Part shown: positions 11,490 through 24,814 of the stretch, in pieces | Position numbering within the stretch: position 1 is the first letter of the stretch | How the letters are laid out: every line of letters begins with the position of its first letter | NCBI GenBank assembly: GCA_044892525.1 | Contig: CM097885.1 | Coordinates: 237,460,001-237,524,000 of the forward strand | Direction: 5' to 3' | Source: Schmidtea polychroa | Lineage: Eukaryota | DNA length: 64,000 nucleotides | The notes under the pieces: generated by a model | Told to the model about the DNA's origin: nothing | Database searches by the model: none | Seen by the model: the letters and a program-made list of their open reading frames with translations, nothing else | Made by a program: the position numbers and the translations under genes

Positions 11490-13689
11490 TTTATTTATCT
11501 ATATGGCAAAAATTTTATTGTAAAAGATCAAAATTTTTGTGAGGCGATCATTCGTATTTTTAAGACTTATTATTGTAGAATAAACTGACACTATGTTATA
11601 CCATGCCGTCACATTACATTTAGAAGTGAAGTGGTAATAGTCGAATATTTCCGTCAATATGTTGAGTATTATTGAATATACCAAGTAAACTATATTATAT
11701 TAGTACTGGACCTTAATGCGAAGGTGAGCGTCTTGCTAGTATTTCTAAATGAGGCTATTTGTTCTATGAACTTCTCGGTTCAAGGATATCACATAATTTA
11801 TCATGCCAATTCTTTTTGATGCATTTGAGTTCACAGTGCTGCAGGATACATAATTGAGGATAAATCACGGACGATTTGTATCTGTAGTCACATTTCTTTG
11901 TTTTTTCTTTATAATCGCTTTTCACTACTACAACCAGTTCTTTTAATTTTCAATTATTAATTATTCTATTGAACAGAGGTCCCCAATGTTTTTAAGAAGA
12001 GGGCCACATAAAAATTTTTCATGAGTTCAACGGACCGTATCAAAGTTTTCAATATTTTATATATTACTGTTAGAACTAATTAGAGGTTTAACTTAATCAT
12101 TAACTTAAAGTTAGTTTCCTAATCGGTCCCATCATTATTACCCCTTTAAGGTTATTGGTTATCGTTTCATCAGAAGTCAAATGTGATTGGATAATCACAT
12201 CTATAAATAGACGACAAATTTAAATAAACATTATGATTCACGACTCTCCTTCATCTTGACCTCCATCGGAAAACAATGGAATGATTCCCAACAATCACTA
12301 CTATAATATTATATTATAAAGAAATATAAATCAATTTAAGAAAAATTATGTTTTATTTAAAATATTCACACAAAAAAAACTACAAAAAAAAGTTAAGACA
12401 TATTAATAATATAATATTATTATTAAAAAAAATAGTATAGAATCTATTTTCATATTTATTTTAATTAATAAAAAGTGCTCAAGATCTTTGATCGGAATTT
12501 AGTCGGTTCAAAAGTCTCAAAGGGGTCCATAATATCAATTTATACATGCTAAAAAATAATGCTTTTTTACGTTTGCTTGCTATTTGGTTTGTAGCTTTTC
12601 TCGTAAAGGAATGAATTTGGTTTTTAGATAAAGAATTGCAAGTTGATTTTCAGTTATTAGTTTCATGAACTACTGGTCTCATTCTTATATTAAAATTTTG
12701 AAATGCCTTAATATTTTGCAGAGGTTCCAAATCTTATTAATATGATCTACCTGTTAATAGAGTAAATATAATGGCGTACCAATAGGTAATTATTTTTGGA
12801 AAAACGAATCCTAAAAGGTTTTTATAAATATTCAAGTAACGACCTTTGTCATCACTTTTCTCTCTTAAATATTTTGTCCTCAAAAAAATGACTAGTTATA
12901 CCACAATAAAGTTTTCCTAAATTATTAATTGGCTCTTTAAAATGGCTCATTAAAATTTTTGCGCCGATTATGAATGTGATCGACATAGAAAAAAACATAG
13001 AAAAAAAATACACAAAATATTAATTCATCACTTATCGCGAATCGGTACCGCTACTAGCGGTCCGCTAGGCGTACTACAGATTGGGAACGGCTGATATCGT
13101 ATATTTATTTATTTGTCATCTCTTACTAAATGCATTTTTTCAGATTTAAACCAAATTTTCTCAATCTTTTGGCTCTTTCCAATAATTGTTTATATAGCTG
13201 ATTGTTTGTAATCCTTTTTATTCCTTTTAAATATGATGCAAAATCTAGCTTATGTCACAAACTATATTTTCTCTCATGATACTGAGAAACTATTAATATT
13301 AATTTAAATGTTATTAATTGTAAAATTATTATAGGAAACATTAACATCAGTCTTAAAATCCATCAAATAAAGAGGCTTTTTGAATAAATATTAGTTCCGG
13401 ATGAAGTATCACTCATAAAATCCCTGGAATATATAATTGAAATAAGAAAAATTTGAAATTTGCAAATAATTTTTTTAATTAAGTTGAGATTTATTATTGA
13501 AAATTTAAATAATTTTATTTTACAGACTTCTATTTTGATGTAGAAATTAATACGATTTTGATTAAATTTTTCACAAGATTTTGGAATTTTTGGTAAATTT
13601 GATTTTTGAATCCCGAAAGCCCGGAATCGAGCACTTGATCTCGGGATTTGACATTTTAAGCCTAAAAGGAAAAAAAACTTAAGTATTTA

Positions 13690-16600
13690 AACAAGGATAT
13701 TAATGACGAGGAACGATCGAAATTTTTAAAAACCCACTTGGTACCAAGTATAGAATATAACTTTAAAAAGGACTTAGATACTACTGCAAAACGAGCATTT
13801 CGCCTGGAATAGTTAACAATTTATCTTTGCATAGGTTCCTCTGCCGCTGGAAAGCGCCCTTGTTTCGAACTGTGGTGCATTGCAGTTTATTGGGACCGTT
13901 AATTGTAAAGCCATCCACGCAATATAATAAATTTAATGAATTGGCAAAAGTTGATGCAATGAAACAATCAGAAAACTTTCCTAGTGTAGCATCAGGAAAA
14001 CAAACAGACGTATATGAGCAGTGCTCATGCCAAAGAAATTGATGTAAATAGAGTGAAACTTTGATCTATAATAAGTTCGATAATATTTTGCGCATGTTAC
14101 GATCTTCCTTTTCGTGGAAAAACTGACTGTGGGTTTGTATTTACAGACTTACTTCGTTTCGAGTGAATTCTGGAGATAAAATTTTGCAATAACATTTGGA
14201 ATCAGGGGCTAAGAATGTATTACATTTATCTCGTCAGTCCCAAAATGAAATTATTGGTGCTCTACAAAGTTCGTTGAGAGAAACATTGAATAATGAAGTT
14301 AAAGATGCTCAAATTTTATCTGTTCTAGCTGATGAAACTGCTGACATTGCAGGGATAGAACCGATATCTATTGGAATTCGCTACTTATATCAAGATGAAA
14401 ATAATTATTACAACACAACAAAAATATAGTTATGTTACTTTTAGAGCGTTTCTATAGTAAATCTAACCCTATGAATTCAAATTCTCCCGTTGTTTTGCTA
14501 TTGAAGTTAATCTGTTTCACTGAAATTGTTTTTAATATGCATTTATGCTATTTTTATTTTTTGATAAGATATTGATTAGATATTGTGTAACAAAATTAAG
14601 CATCTTCTCGAAATTGTAAACTATCTGCAGACTAATTTTGTTATAGCTGTGGCTAATATATTGGGCCAAAACAGCCTAAACATCAATTATTGCGTGGGAC
14701 CAAGCTGTGGACCGGATATTCTGCGTACTTTGGTATTCAAATAGGTGATCAGGACAAGAAATGGGCTTCTCATGTGTCCTCATGATAGTTCCATTCGTAG
14801 CCTCAAATGTGTTCTTTTACATAATGGAAAACAATATCCATCTATATCTGTGGCTCACTCGACGCATTGGAAGGAAGATTATAACAACATTAAATTTTTG
14901 TTCGAGAAGATAAACTACAACAAATATCAATGGGATGTATGTGGAAACTTGAAGATGATCGGGTTCCTTCTTCGCCTACAAGGTGGGTACACCAACTATT
15001 CGTGCTTCCTATGCCTTTGGGAAAGCAGAGTGTCAAAGCAACTTGAGACTGGCCTGCACGCAGGGAGCTAACAGCTGGTAAATACAATGTAATTCGTGAT
15101 ATCTTAATTTTGGCAGAGGCTTCTGCTACCACCCTTGCATATCAAGCTTGGACTAGCCAAAAAATTCGTTAAGGCACTGGATTTGCAATCAGCAGCTTTC
15201 CAGTACATATGTTCCATGTTTCCTAAGTTATCGGATGCAAAACTGAAAGCCGGCTTTTCGCTGGACCACAGATATGTTGCATGTTAGAGTCTGAGGACTT
15301 AGAAACGACCACGTATAGTTTGGAAAAAGATGCGTGGCAGGCATTTAGACATGTAGTGAATGGATTCATAGGAAATAACAGAAGTGAAGACTACAAAGGA
15401 CTATTAGATAATTTGGTAACAACTTATCACGTTGTTGGATGTCGAATGTCAATCAAGCTGCACTTTTTGCACTCTCATTTGGAATTCTTCAGACCAAATT
15501 TGGGAGCAATGTCAGAAGAACATGGTGAAAGGTTTCACTAAGATATTCAAGTCATGGAGAAGCGTTACCAATGGCGATAGGATGAATCTATTATGGGCGA
15601 TTACGTTTGGGGTTTGGTTCGTAATGACTCAAGTCAGTATAGGAGAAAGTCGAACTCAGTCCTTCATTTTTCACACAATTAAAGGTAACATTCTATTTGG
15701 AGAGTGAATACTTATCACAGCTGATGTGCTGTTATTACTTATAACTTTACTTTTTGAAAATTGCTTACGAATGGGTATGCTTCAGTTACTTAATACTGTT
15801 AATCATAATTATTAATGTAATTTTGTAAAAATTTAGTGCGAACGGTTGACAGTACACATAAACGGACTTTGAATTCGTATTCAGCACCCTCGATTCCATA
15901 TAGAACTGTAGAAAAATACACATAACTGTGACTTTCATAAAATTTTGTTGCGCTATTATAATATATTCAAAATTCATGAGTAATAATGAAGATAATACAA
16001 GATTTAGGTCTAAATCTTAACCTTTTGGTTGGTCAAGGATATGATGGCTGTGCTACAATATCTGGTCAAATGGGTAGGGTTCAAAAAATAATACGAGACT
16101 TATACCCAAAAGCAATTTTTTTCACTGCGCAAGCCATCTTTTAAATCTAGTGATTAATGACACAAACAAAGTTAATAAAATTATAAATACCATTGGGACA
16201 ATTAAGGAAATAATAACATTTTTCCAGGAATCTTCTCTATGACGAAATATGGTTCTAAATGTTCCATTACTTTGTAAAACTCGCTGGTCTACCAAACATA
16301 AAGCAATAAGAATTTTTATAAAGAAATTTAAAGAAATAATTGCTGCTTTGGAAAATATTGCTGAAAATGGAAACTCACAAAGGCAAAAAGCACATGTGCA
16401 GCAACTAATAGTATTTTTGTAGTAGCATTGCACACAAATGCTTTATATTCATCAAAATTAGAACCTGTTACTACTGCGTTGCAAGGAGTTCAACTTGGCT
16501 GTCAATCTCTCAATACAGAAATTGGCAAGCTAATGAAGATTTTCCATCGGCAGAGAACATGCAGAAGAAAATTTCAAACTTATCTTTCAAGATATTAAAA

Positions 16601-17478
16601 ATTCATGTGACTTAATGAATATTGACCTTAAATTACCCCGTATTGGGAAGATAATGACACACAAATCCAATCAAACATCAGATTCTATTGAGGAGTATTT
16701 TAGAAGATCAATATTTATTCCTTATTTGGATTCGATTATTTGTGCCTTGAAAAGCGTTTTCTGAGACCCATAGTTGAAACTTCTCGTTTTTGAAACTGCA
16801 CCCATGGAAAATGAAATAGTTGACAAAAACTGATTTTTTAAAGATTGCAACAAATTTGGAACAGTTGTATGTAAATTTTCTTATGTATAACTTTAATTGT
16901 GAAGCTTCTATATGTTATGAACACTAGGCCGAGGATGACGTGGGTACATTAAAAGTGAAATATATAGATTTATTAGATAAGGCTATAATATTTTATCCTG
17001 TAATTTTTCAAGCTATTAAAATTGGCCTAACTCTGCCCATCACAACATGTACGATGGAACGCTCATTTAACACATTTCGAAAAGTAAAGACAAGGACAAG
17101 TTCAACCATGTTAAAAGAAGGATTATCAGGTTTATGTACGATTAGATTACATGGAAAAAGAATAGATGGCAATGAAGAATTTGTGAACGCTTCCATATCA
17201 AAGTTTTCAGATAAACTGAGAAGATTACAATTTTATTTTTAGAAAATGACAAAAATAAATGACAGATTTAATTACAAAATCTTATTCTATTTGCAAGAGT
17301 TATTTTATTATTTTGTTTTAGGCTTATTTCTTTGATATTCATATTATATAAATAAATTTTTTAGAACGAAAGTTTGTTTTAATGTGTCAATTAAAATTTC
17401 AAAAATTTTGTATTGTATTATTTAGAAAATGAAAGGTGGTGTATTTGCACGACTTGCACCTCCCTGTCGACACCCATG
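13690..17478 (+). mobile_element. Decayed hAT transposon (ZMYM1/PRKRIR-like transposase) split by an inserted element
   Basis: 5' half 13690-14429: CYDLPFRG, LSRQSQNEII, SVLADETADI. 3' half about 15990-17242: LVGQGYDGCATISG, HCASHLLNL, LTLPITTCTMERSFNTFRKVKT. Many stops and frameshifts. Putative right end ...CGACACCCATG at 17478. Confidence 0.85.
14581..15957 (+). mobile_element. Internally deleted Chapaev3-like (CMC superfamily) DNA transposon
   Basis: The N-terminal Cys motif DNFCYSCG...YFGIQIGDQDKKWASHV is fused to DSSIRSLKCVLLHNG, CGNLKMIGFLL.LQGGYTNYSCFLCLWESR and CRMSIKLHFLHSHLEFF..NLGAMSEEHGERFH. Degenerate ends are TGTGTAACAAAATT (14584) and AATTTTGTTGCGC (about 15940-15953). The family assignment comes from recalled motifs. 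Confidence 0.7.
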
Positions 17479-17875
17479 GCTGTGCTTCCTCAAAACATTT
17501 TAAAAATAAAAAAAATAATTACGTATTCTTATAATTTAATATTTAAGAATATTATTAATAATAAAATAAAACCAATGAATTTAACATATAATATTATAAA
17601 AACAATTGATTTCTTTATAATTTAATAAACTGTTTTATATAAACCTATTTTTGAATGTCATTTTATCAATTTTGTTAAACATTTTAAAAATTTTAATGTT
17701 GCAACAAATTTGTGCGTTTATTTAAAATTAAAATAATTTTTATATGATTAAAAAAAATGTTTTTGAAAATTTCATTAAAATATTTTTTAGTTTGATACAA
17801 TATGATTACGATTATAATTTGTTAATCTGTTTGAATATTCTTATTTTCATTTAGTTGTTATTAATACAATTTCTA

Positions 17876-17912
17876 GCCTGAAGAAGACTGTTAAACGGTC
17901 GAAATATATAGC
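17876..17912 (+). ncRNA. Minimal type I hammerhead ribozyme motif (Penelope-element type), short helix I
   Basis: GC-CTGAAGA-A-GACTGTT-A-AACGGTC-GAAA-TATA-TA-GC: core boxes CUGANGA and GAAA, helix II with one G-U pair, palindromic helix III, and a UH (UA) cleavage site. Helix I is only 2 bp. Confidence 0.6.
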
Positions 17913-18166
17913 AATGTTATATTTTAGTATACTTAGTTTTCGATCATAAAAACTTTGCCTTCTTTCTTAGATTATTAATAATATTAATAGTAATTAGTAG
18001 ATTTTGTGATATGTTAAATGTTAAAAATGTTAATATTAAATTTAGAATTTAAGCTTTATTGTAAATTGATTATTTTAATTATTATTAGACGTTTTGATTA
18101 ATTATGTCAATTACTTGTTTGATTTTTCAAATAAAATTAACACAATCAAATTAAAACAAAACATTA

Positions 18167-18993
18167 CAGGGTTATTCATTATTATAAATACTTTTATGCA
18201 AAATTATAAATACTTTTATTCATTATTATAAATACTTTTATTTATTATTATAAATACTTTTTGTTTGAACCGCATGTCGCGCAAAATTAGAAAACCATAG
18301 ACTTTGGATGGGTATAATTTCATAATAAGGCTTTCCAATGATGTTTCAATGACACTGAAAAAGATATCGGAAATTTCAGGGTATTCCATAACAACAATAA
18401 GAAGAGCTATTGATGATCATCGCCAACAACGAGTATTTGTTAGCTCGGGCACAAAATTAAGGAACAAAATTAAAGAAAGAAATGCGGTTTTTACTACAGA
18501 AGAGTTGGTGATTCATAATTTAGTTTCATGCAATAATCTTTTGACGCAATCAGAAATTTCAGAATCAGTACAGATTAGTACAAATAAAAAATTGTCGCAG
18601 TCAACAGTCTGTAGGAAATTAAAAAAATGCAATATAACGAGAAAAAGAGTTTCTTTAATTCGTGAGGAAAGAAATAACCAGGATAAAATTGACGCACGAT
18701 CGATTTATGCCTCTGAAATTTCTAGGTTTGAGCCTGAATCATTAATTTTCCTGGATGAAACGGGATTTAATCATCACACAACACGCACATGCGGATATTC
18801 AATTTTGAATAAAAGTATTTATAATAATGAATAAAAGTATTTATAATTTTGCATAAAAGTATTTATAATAATGAATAAAAGTATTTATAATAATGAATAA
18901 AAGTATTTATAATTTTGCATAAAAGTATTTATAATAATGAATAAAAGTATTTATAATTTTGCATAAAAGTATTTATAATAATGAATAACCCTG
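18167..18993 (+). mobile_element. Internally deleted IS630/Tc1-mariner-type transposon with tandem-repeat TIRs
   Basis: TA flanks on both sides (18165-66, 18994-95). Ends CAGGGTTATTC.../...GAATAACCCTG are identical over at least 73 bp. ORF 18304-18834 has HTH segments, TRKRV..RN and the first catalytic motif LIFLDETGFN, then runs into the right TIR array. Confidence 0.88.
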
Positions 18994-19140
18994 TAATAAA
19001 TGTCAAGATCACACTAATAGATGGAAAAATCCAGCATTAAAAGATTGAATTATGAAACTTAAAAACTAAAGTTTTTATTTTTTGACTCCAACCCATTGCA
19101 AAAGACCTTAAAATTGCATTATTAAAATGTTTAATTTGTT

Positions 19141-19144
<4 letters not shown>

Positions 19145-19189
<45 letters not shown>
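19145..19189. repeat. (AT)n microsatellite
   Basis: About 22 uninterrupted AT units immediately downstream of the stop codon at 19196. Confidence 0.97.
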
Positions 19190-19190
<1 letters not shown>

Positions 19191-19195
19191 CATAA

Positions 19196-20329
19196 TTAAT
19201 TAATTATACCTGCTAGAGTGCCTGAGTGTTGACTATCTTTGATCTGCTCGGTTATTGCGGGTTTTAAAAATAAAATTTCATTAGGATTGTTAATTACCGA
19301 TGGGAAATTGTTCGGATATTTCGTGTCAGTTAGAGTCAGAGGAGTTTTCATGTTTAAATGGGTTGAAAACTGATTAAAAATTTGGTTTCTTAAATTATTA
19401 ATGTTCAATAAATCCGACATCGAATTTGTCAAGGGATTTAATTGAATTGTTGCACTATTCGACAAGTTGAGATTCGGATGTATTTTGTTGCCGACATTTT
19501 CAATCATTTCCAGAGATTTTTGATGCTTATCAATCAGGTCTTGATAGAATTCCATGTCATTGGATATATATTTTTCGCTGTCAACATTTCTGCTACTTTC
19601 AAAGGCAATTGCGTCAAAGACATTATTGTAATTCGTTTGCAAATGATGGCTGCAAGCGGAGTTTAGTTGGCTCCTTGAGTTTTTGTAGATTTGAAATATT
19701 TCTTTGTATTTTTTTATATAAAATATCATATCCTTAATGTTCCACACTGAAATCCTCTGGGAATTGTTTACTTGGTAGTTTTTATTTGCGTTTGAACTGT
19801 CAAATCGGAATTTCTGGCTCGGCGTTGGAGGTGTTTTAGGGCCTTTATATGGCCGGCAGTCGAATGTGTTATTTAAATTATTTATATACTCAGTAATTTT
19901 ACTGCTATTCTTTAATAATTGTACTAGAAAATCCAATTTCAGTTCATGCATTAAATTAATGTTTTTAAAATGTTGCTGATTCACTTCGAGTTCTTTTGAG
20001 ATGATCTCGTAATATAATTTCCTGTTTATTAAAAATTGAATTATTAATAATTAATTTATTAAAATAATTTATTACTCGTTTAATATTTCATTTTTCAAAC
20101 AATTCTTTTGATTAAATTCATGCTGAGCAACTGTAAGTAGATTTAGAAAATTTTGCTTTAAATTATCCAATTCGATTTTCTTTTTCAATCGTTCTCTTTC
20201 AAATTGTTCTCGCTCTTTCAATAGGCGCCTGTTTTCTTCGGCTAACTGTTTTAATGTTGCAACCAATAATTCCTGATGTTTCAGCTGATTGTTACCAAAA
20301 GATTCGTTGTACAAAATGTAGGAATCTGT
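19196..20329 (-). CDS. 3' exons of an unidentified coiled-coil protein gene (upstream exons not found)
   Basis: Exon 20329-20076 (follows a TTTTAG acceptor) and exon 20021-19196 join in frame across a 54-bp GT-AG intron. It contains a heptad-rich segment LLVATLKQLAEENRRLLKEREQFERERLKKKIELDNLKQ and an Asn-rich tail. Confidence 0.65.
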
Positions 20330-20647
20330 CTAAAAGAATAAATGATAGATAAATCCTTTAGGATATTTTATTCCATGATAAAAACTTTAATAAATTTTTA
20401 ATAAAAATCCAGTACTTGATAATTAAGAGGCATAATAAAATTTATTTTAATCAATAATAACTTTTAAATTTTTATTGTCAATTGATATAATTTAAAAATT
20501 TGGGACAACATGGGAGGGGTTCAAGAAATTTATAACCGGTTAGCGGAATAAGTGACTACTTCATTTATAAAAATAATTATCAATATCTTTACATTATATA
20601 CTATAAAAAATTGTCATTAAAATCCGGCTCTTAACAAAAAGGGAAAA

Positions 20648-22860
20648 TGTAGTTTTATTGACCAAGAAGAAAAAACACGTTTTTTAAAATTCTATTTTAA
20701 TCACAAATTGAGCATATTAAAACAAATTTAATTATGCAATTACATCTCCGCGTGATTTTCATCTTCGATCTCGATAAAACTGGTTTTAAAATCATCAAGA
20801 TATCGAGGTCTTCTGGTCCTGTCTCAATGTTCATCTCGGCGAAGTGAGTTGAGTATAGGATTGTTTACGCCTGTTAATCCTTTATCGTCGGTGTTCTCCA
20901 CTGCCGCTTCGTTGACAGCCGGTCGCATGTCGCAATTGATGTCGAAGTTGGTCGATGAATTTACCTTCGTTACAATCCCCTCACCCCATATCGATGTGCA
21001 CTTCGCGTTTGGGGGTTTAATGTAAACTCCATCGCCAACTTGGAATGACGTGTCTTGTGTCTTCTCTTCTTTATAACTAGCGCCAACTTTTTCCACCAAT
21101 ATGAAAACACGAATGAAGACGGTGGCTTCAGAACTTGTCATTGGGTGCTAAGTTATACCAATGTACCATTTCCAATATTCCCTTGTTGGTTCTATCTGCC
21201 ATGCGTTTAATTGTACGATGGTTCCTTTCTATTGTGCCGTTTCCTGATGGCTGATAAACACATCGAAACACACATTTCACACCCCATTTGCGACACAGTA
21301 CTTTCATTTGTGTTGACCGAAATGATGTCGTATTATCAATCATCAGCTCATCAGGGGAACCTCGTTCTCTAAAGATCTGTTCAAGATTCCGTGTAATGAT
21401 CTCCACGTCTTCATCTATTATTTCTCTTCACATTGCGACACGACCCGGTCCACACTAATTCATAGTTAAATAAATCTTACTTAGATAGTGTGTAACATCC
21501 ATAGCCAGTCTCTTCCACGTCTCCTTAACGCTTAACTCTCCATGCTCCCATTTTACAGGCGCCGAATCGATAGATTGACATTCTGAACATTCACAAATTA
21601 TAGTCTTTACATCCTCAAGTGTAATGTCCGGGCAAAGTTGCCAAATACAAGTCTTCTTGGAACAGAAATGATGCTGTCTATGACTTTCTCGTAACACTTC
21701 GCTCACAACAGCAATGGTGCTTGCAGTTGGTTCGACACACGATTTAACCGTTGTCAGCCAGTTATTACTGACTCTTGTGAGTGCATCTACTTTGTTTTTA
21801 TCTGTCGGGACAAACTCAACCGAGATCATTAAGTCATAGCTTTTTCGTAATTCACAAATAATCTACAGACGTCTTCGGACTAGCATCTCAGCAATTCCAT
21901 GAGTTCAAATTCTGGCAGTATCTGTTAAAACTCAATCTTTCTAACTTCTGACAGTAGAGGAATCTGTTACTACAACTAAGTTGCTTCTTTCCCAGCTGAT
22001 GGGTAAGTTAATTCCCTTTATCACAGCGTCTAACTCTACAAGGTTTATATGAGCAAAATCGTTTTTCTTTCTCATCCATGATGCATCCTCGATGATTTTT
22101 CCTGATATTTCTAACACAACTCCTAATGCCAAATTGTTCGCATCGCACCAGACAGATCCTTCCTTGTTTACGTGCTACTCACCAGACACCGAATCGTTCT
22201 CTTTCAACGCGATCTTTCCAATCGTGTCATTCCTCTTACTTCCACCACTGTGTCGTTTTATATAGATACTTGCTACTCTTAACCATACAGCCCAATGATT
22301 TGATCCCAGAGGGAAATTAACTCCCTTCTTGACATAGTTGTAAACGCACTGTATGGCAAAATGTTTTCACGATGCCACGTACGACCGTTAATATGTGTTT
22401 GAAGCTGGAGACCTAGAACTCTTGCATCATCAAACTCTTAAGGTGGTTTTTTAATTATTCCGTATGCTGCTAAATGGCTTATTACTTCATTGACGTTTAT
22501 TCTTGGCTGGTTGACAATATTGTCATTAATATAACTATCCTTTGCTTTCCTGATGTCTCTTCTTTAACTCAGTACCTTCCGTAATATTGTTGACATTATT
22601 TTCGGAGCCACATTTAAACCAAAACCGAGTCTCGTTAGAAAGTATCCGTTCCCTTTGTATCTAACCCTTTGGTGTTCCCATAGGTCTTCGTCAACATGGA
22701 TCTGAAGATAAGCATTTTTAAGATCAATTAACATAACCTGTTCTACCATCATTCGCCATCGCCTTACTGATTCGCCACATACTGCCATGTCATTTGTAAT
22801 GGTTAGATTCTCCACATAATTCAACAGTGAAGATTCTTTAAGGCTCAAATTCTTAAATTA
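20648..22860 (-). mobile_element. Decayed Ty3/Gypsy retrotransposon (RT-RNaseH-integrase) with a putative 3' LTR
   Basis: RT: IDLKNAYLQI...LTRLGFGLNVAPKIM (22564-22848). RNase H: WCDA..LALGVVLEI...HINLVELDAVIKG...TDSSTV. HHCC zinc finger: H..HHF...CSECQ. Integrase: LAMDVTH, LMIDN, PSGNGTIERNHRTIK. A purine tract GCGGAGA is followed by TGTA...TACA at 20744-20648. Confidence 0.85.
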
Positions 22861-22919
22861 TAAAATCTTTTCTCTTGAAATATCATGATCTAAGTTCTTT
22901 TCTTCTTTAGATCTTGGAC

Positions 22920-24814
22920 AAGCATGCTATCAGTTCGCATTAGCAGAAGAAGCACGAGAAAAAACCCGTTTTGAAGTTATTGGAGCAGTGTTGAGTCAAA
23001 TAAAAGAAGACGGTTCAGAAATAGTTATCGCATACGGTTCAAAAAATCTGACAGCCCATGAAAGGGATACTGCCTAACCAGGAAAGAGTTATTGGCATTA
23101 CATGAATATGTTTTACATTTTAGACAGTATTTATATGGAAAGAATTCGTGGCTCGAACATATCACAAAGCTTTAGTATTTATGAACACGAAAAAAAAGCA
23201 ATAAGTTCATAATTTCAGACAAGGATGGCTGATATATCAGAATACGATTTCCAATTGAAATACCGGAAAGGTGAAGAACATGCAAACTCAGATGGATTAT
23301 CAAGGATCGAGGGTAGTTTATGTGCACAGTGTCAGACAGCACATGTACAACATAAACAAGAAAGATCAAGACTAAGATATATCAATTTGATACAAAAAAC
23401 ATAGACAGTGTTAGAAATTTTTGGAAGAAAGATAAATTGTTCCAGGAAGAATGGAAATTCTTAGGTATCAGATAGATGTTCGGAAGGAATCGTTTCTAAA
23501 TAGTTTTTTATTCAGATATAAAGATCGGTTAAAGATATCGGATGATATGCTTGTATTGGAATCGGACAAAATAGATCTAGTGATAATCCCAAAAAGCTAT
23601 CAATCTAAACTAGTGATTAAAATTACATGAATATTTATGTCACGTTGGAATTAAGAAACTGTTTCATTATTTGGAAAGGAATTTTCTCTGTCCGAAAATG
23701 CAATAAACCGTTAAAGAGATAGTAAAACGACGTGTCACGTGTGCAAGAAGGAAATTAGACCAAGGTAAGACAAAGAAAATTTTAATTCCACGCGAAAGTT
23801 CTGAATTTCTAGAACAGATTGTGATGGATGTTGCTTTCACGGAGAGAACTTCAACCGAAAAAAAAATATGTTATCGTTACTATTGATAGGTTTAGAAAAT
23901 TAGTAACTTTAACGGTTACAGCAAACCAAGATGAAAAAACTATTTGAAGACGCTCATGAACAGTTGGATTTAAAAATATGGTAAACCTCAAAGTATATTG
24001 ACAGACAGAGGGCAAATTTTTGAAAGCAAATAATTGAAGGAAAAATTAGAACAACTTGGAATAAAGCAAGAATTCACCTCGCCATATCAATATCAGTCGA
24101 ATGGTTTAGTGGAAAGAGCTATCAGAACAATGAGATATTTACTTGTGACGACGATGAAAGAGGGCTGTGATAAAAAACAGTGGCACGAACTGGGCCTCGA
24201 ATTGAATTCAGTATAAATGCAACTTATCAAAGTTTAACAAAATATTCACCATTTGAGATAGTATATGGACGGAAAATAACGTTACACGCTAATTCTAGAC
24301 TCAAACATCAAGTACACGATATTTCGGAAGAAGGACAAACGAATAACAGGCAAGCTGCGCAAAAGATGATGAAATTCGAGAACGAAAAAAGAATTAAACG
24401 ACATTTCGAAGTGGGGGAGGTACTATTAAGATATTAATAGTAAGGTATATATAGTAAGGTACTAGTAAGGAGGTACTAGTAAGACGAGAACCACATAGAA
24501 GAAACAAAAATGATATTCAATATGATGGTCCATATAAAATTCTTAGATTAGTGTCAGATCATCAAGTTGAATTGCAATATCCAGATACGACGCGGCACCG
24601 ACGAATCGAATGGTTAAAGAGATGGCATCAATCTTATAAAGGGGAGAGAAATTATATTATATTAGAGGCCAGAGACCAAATGTGAATCAGTTCAGAGTAT
24701 ATTGCGTAATTCAATACAATGTGTTAGTTATTGCGCAATATACATAACTATTTAAGAAAGATCACTCTGTGTTAATAAATAATAAATCTTTAGATGGAAC
24801 CGATTGCTGTAACT
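22920..24814 (+). mobile_element. 3' portion of a decayed Ty3/Gypsy element (RNase H, integrase, PPT, 3' LTR)
   Basis: IGAVLSQ..IAYGSKNL, RQYLYGK, YRKGEEHANSDGLSR, zinc-finger HEYLCHVG, integrase TDRGQIF and TSPYQYQSNGLVERAIRT, SPFEIVYGR, YDGPYKI. PPT AAAGGGGAG at about 24638-24646. Confidence 0.87.
24647..24814 (+). repeat. 168-bp LTR (AG...AACT termini)
   Basis: Directly follows the PPT and contains AATAAA. About 90% identical by hand count to the reverse complement of 34597-34764. Confidence 0.8.

Noticed and set aside
11974-13093. Single hAT MITE bounded by CAGAGGTCCCCAAT / ATTGGGAACGGCTG
   Set aside because: The TIRs are imperfect, the flanks share no 8-bp TSD, and exon-like pieces lie between; these are probably two unrelated end fragments.
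12100-13450. Additional minus-strand exons (e.g. DFASYLKGIKRITNNQLYKQLLERAKRLRK at about 13122-13238)
   Set aside because: I could not splice them into a stop-free model or recognise a family.
18811-18986. 22-bp repeat array as a CRISPR
   Set aside because: There are no unique spacers, the context is eukaryotic, and the array is mirrored at the other end of a TA-flanked transposon.
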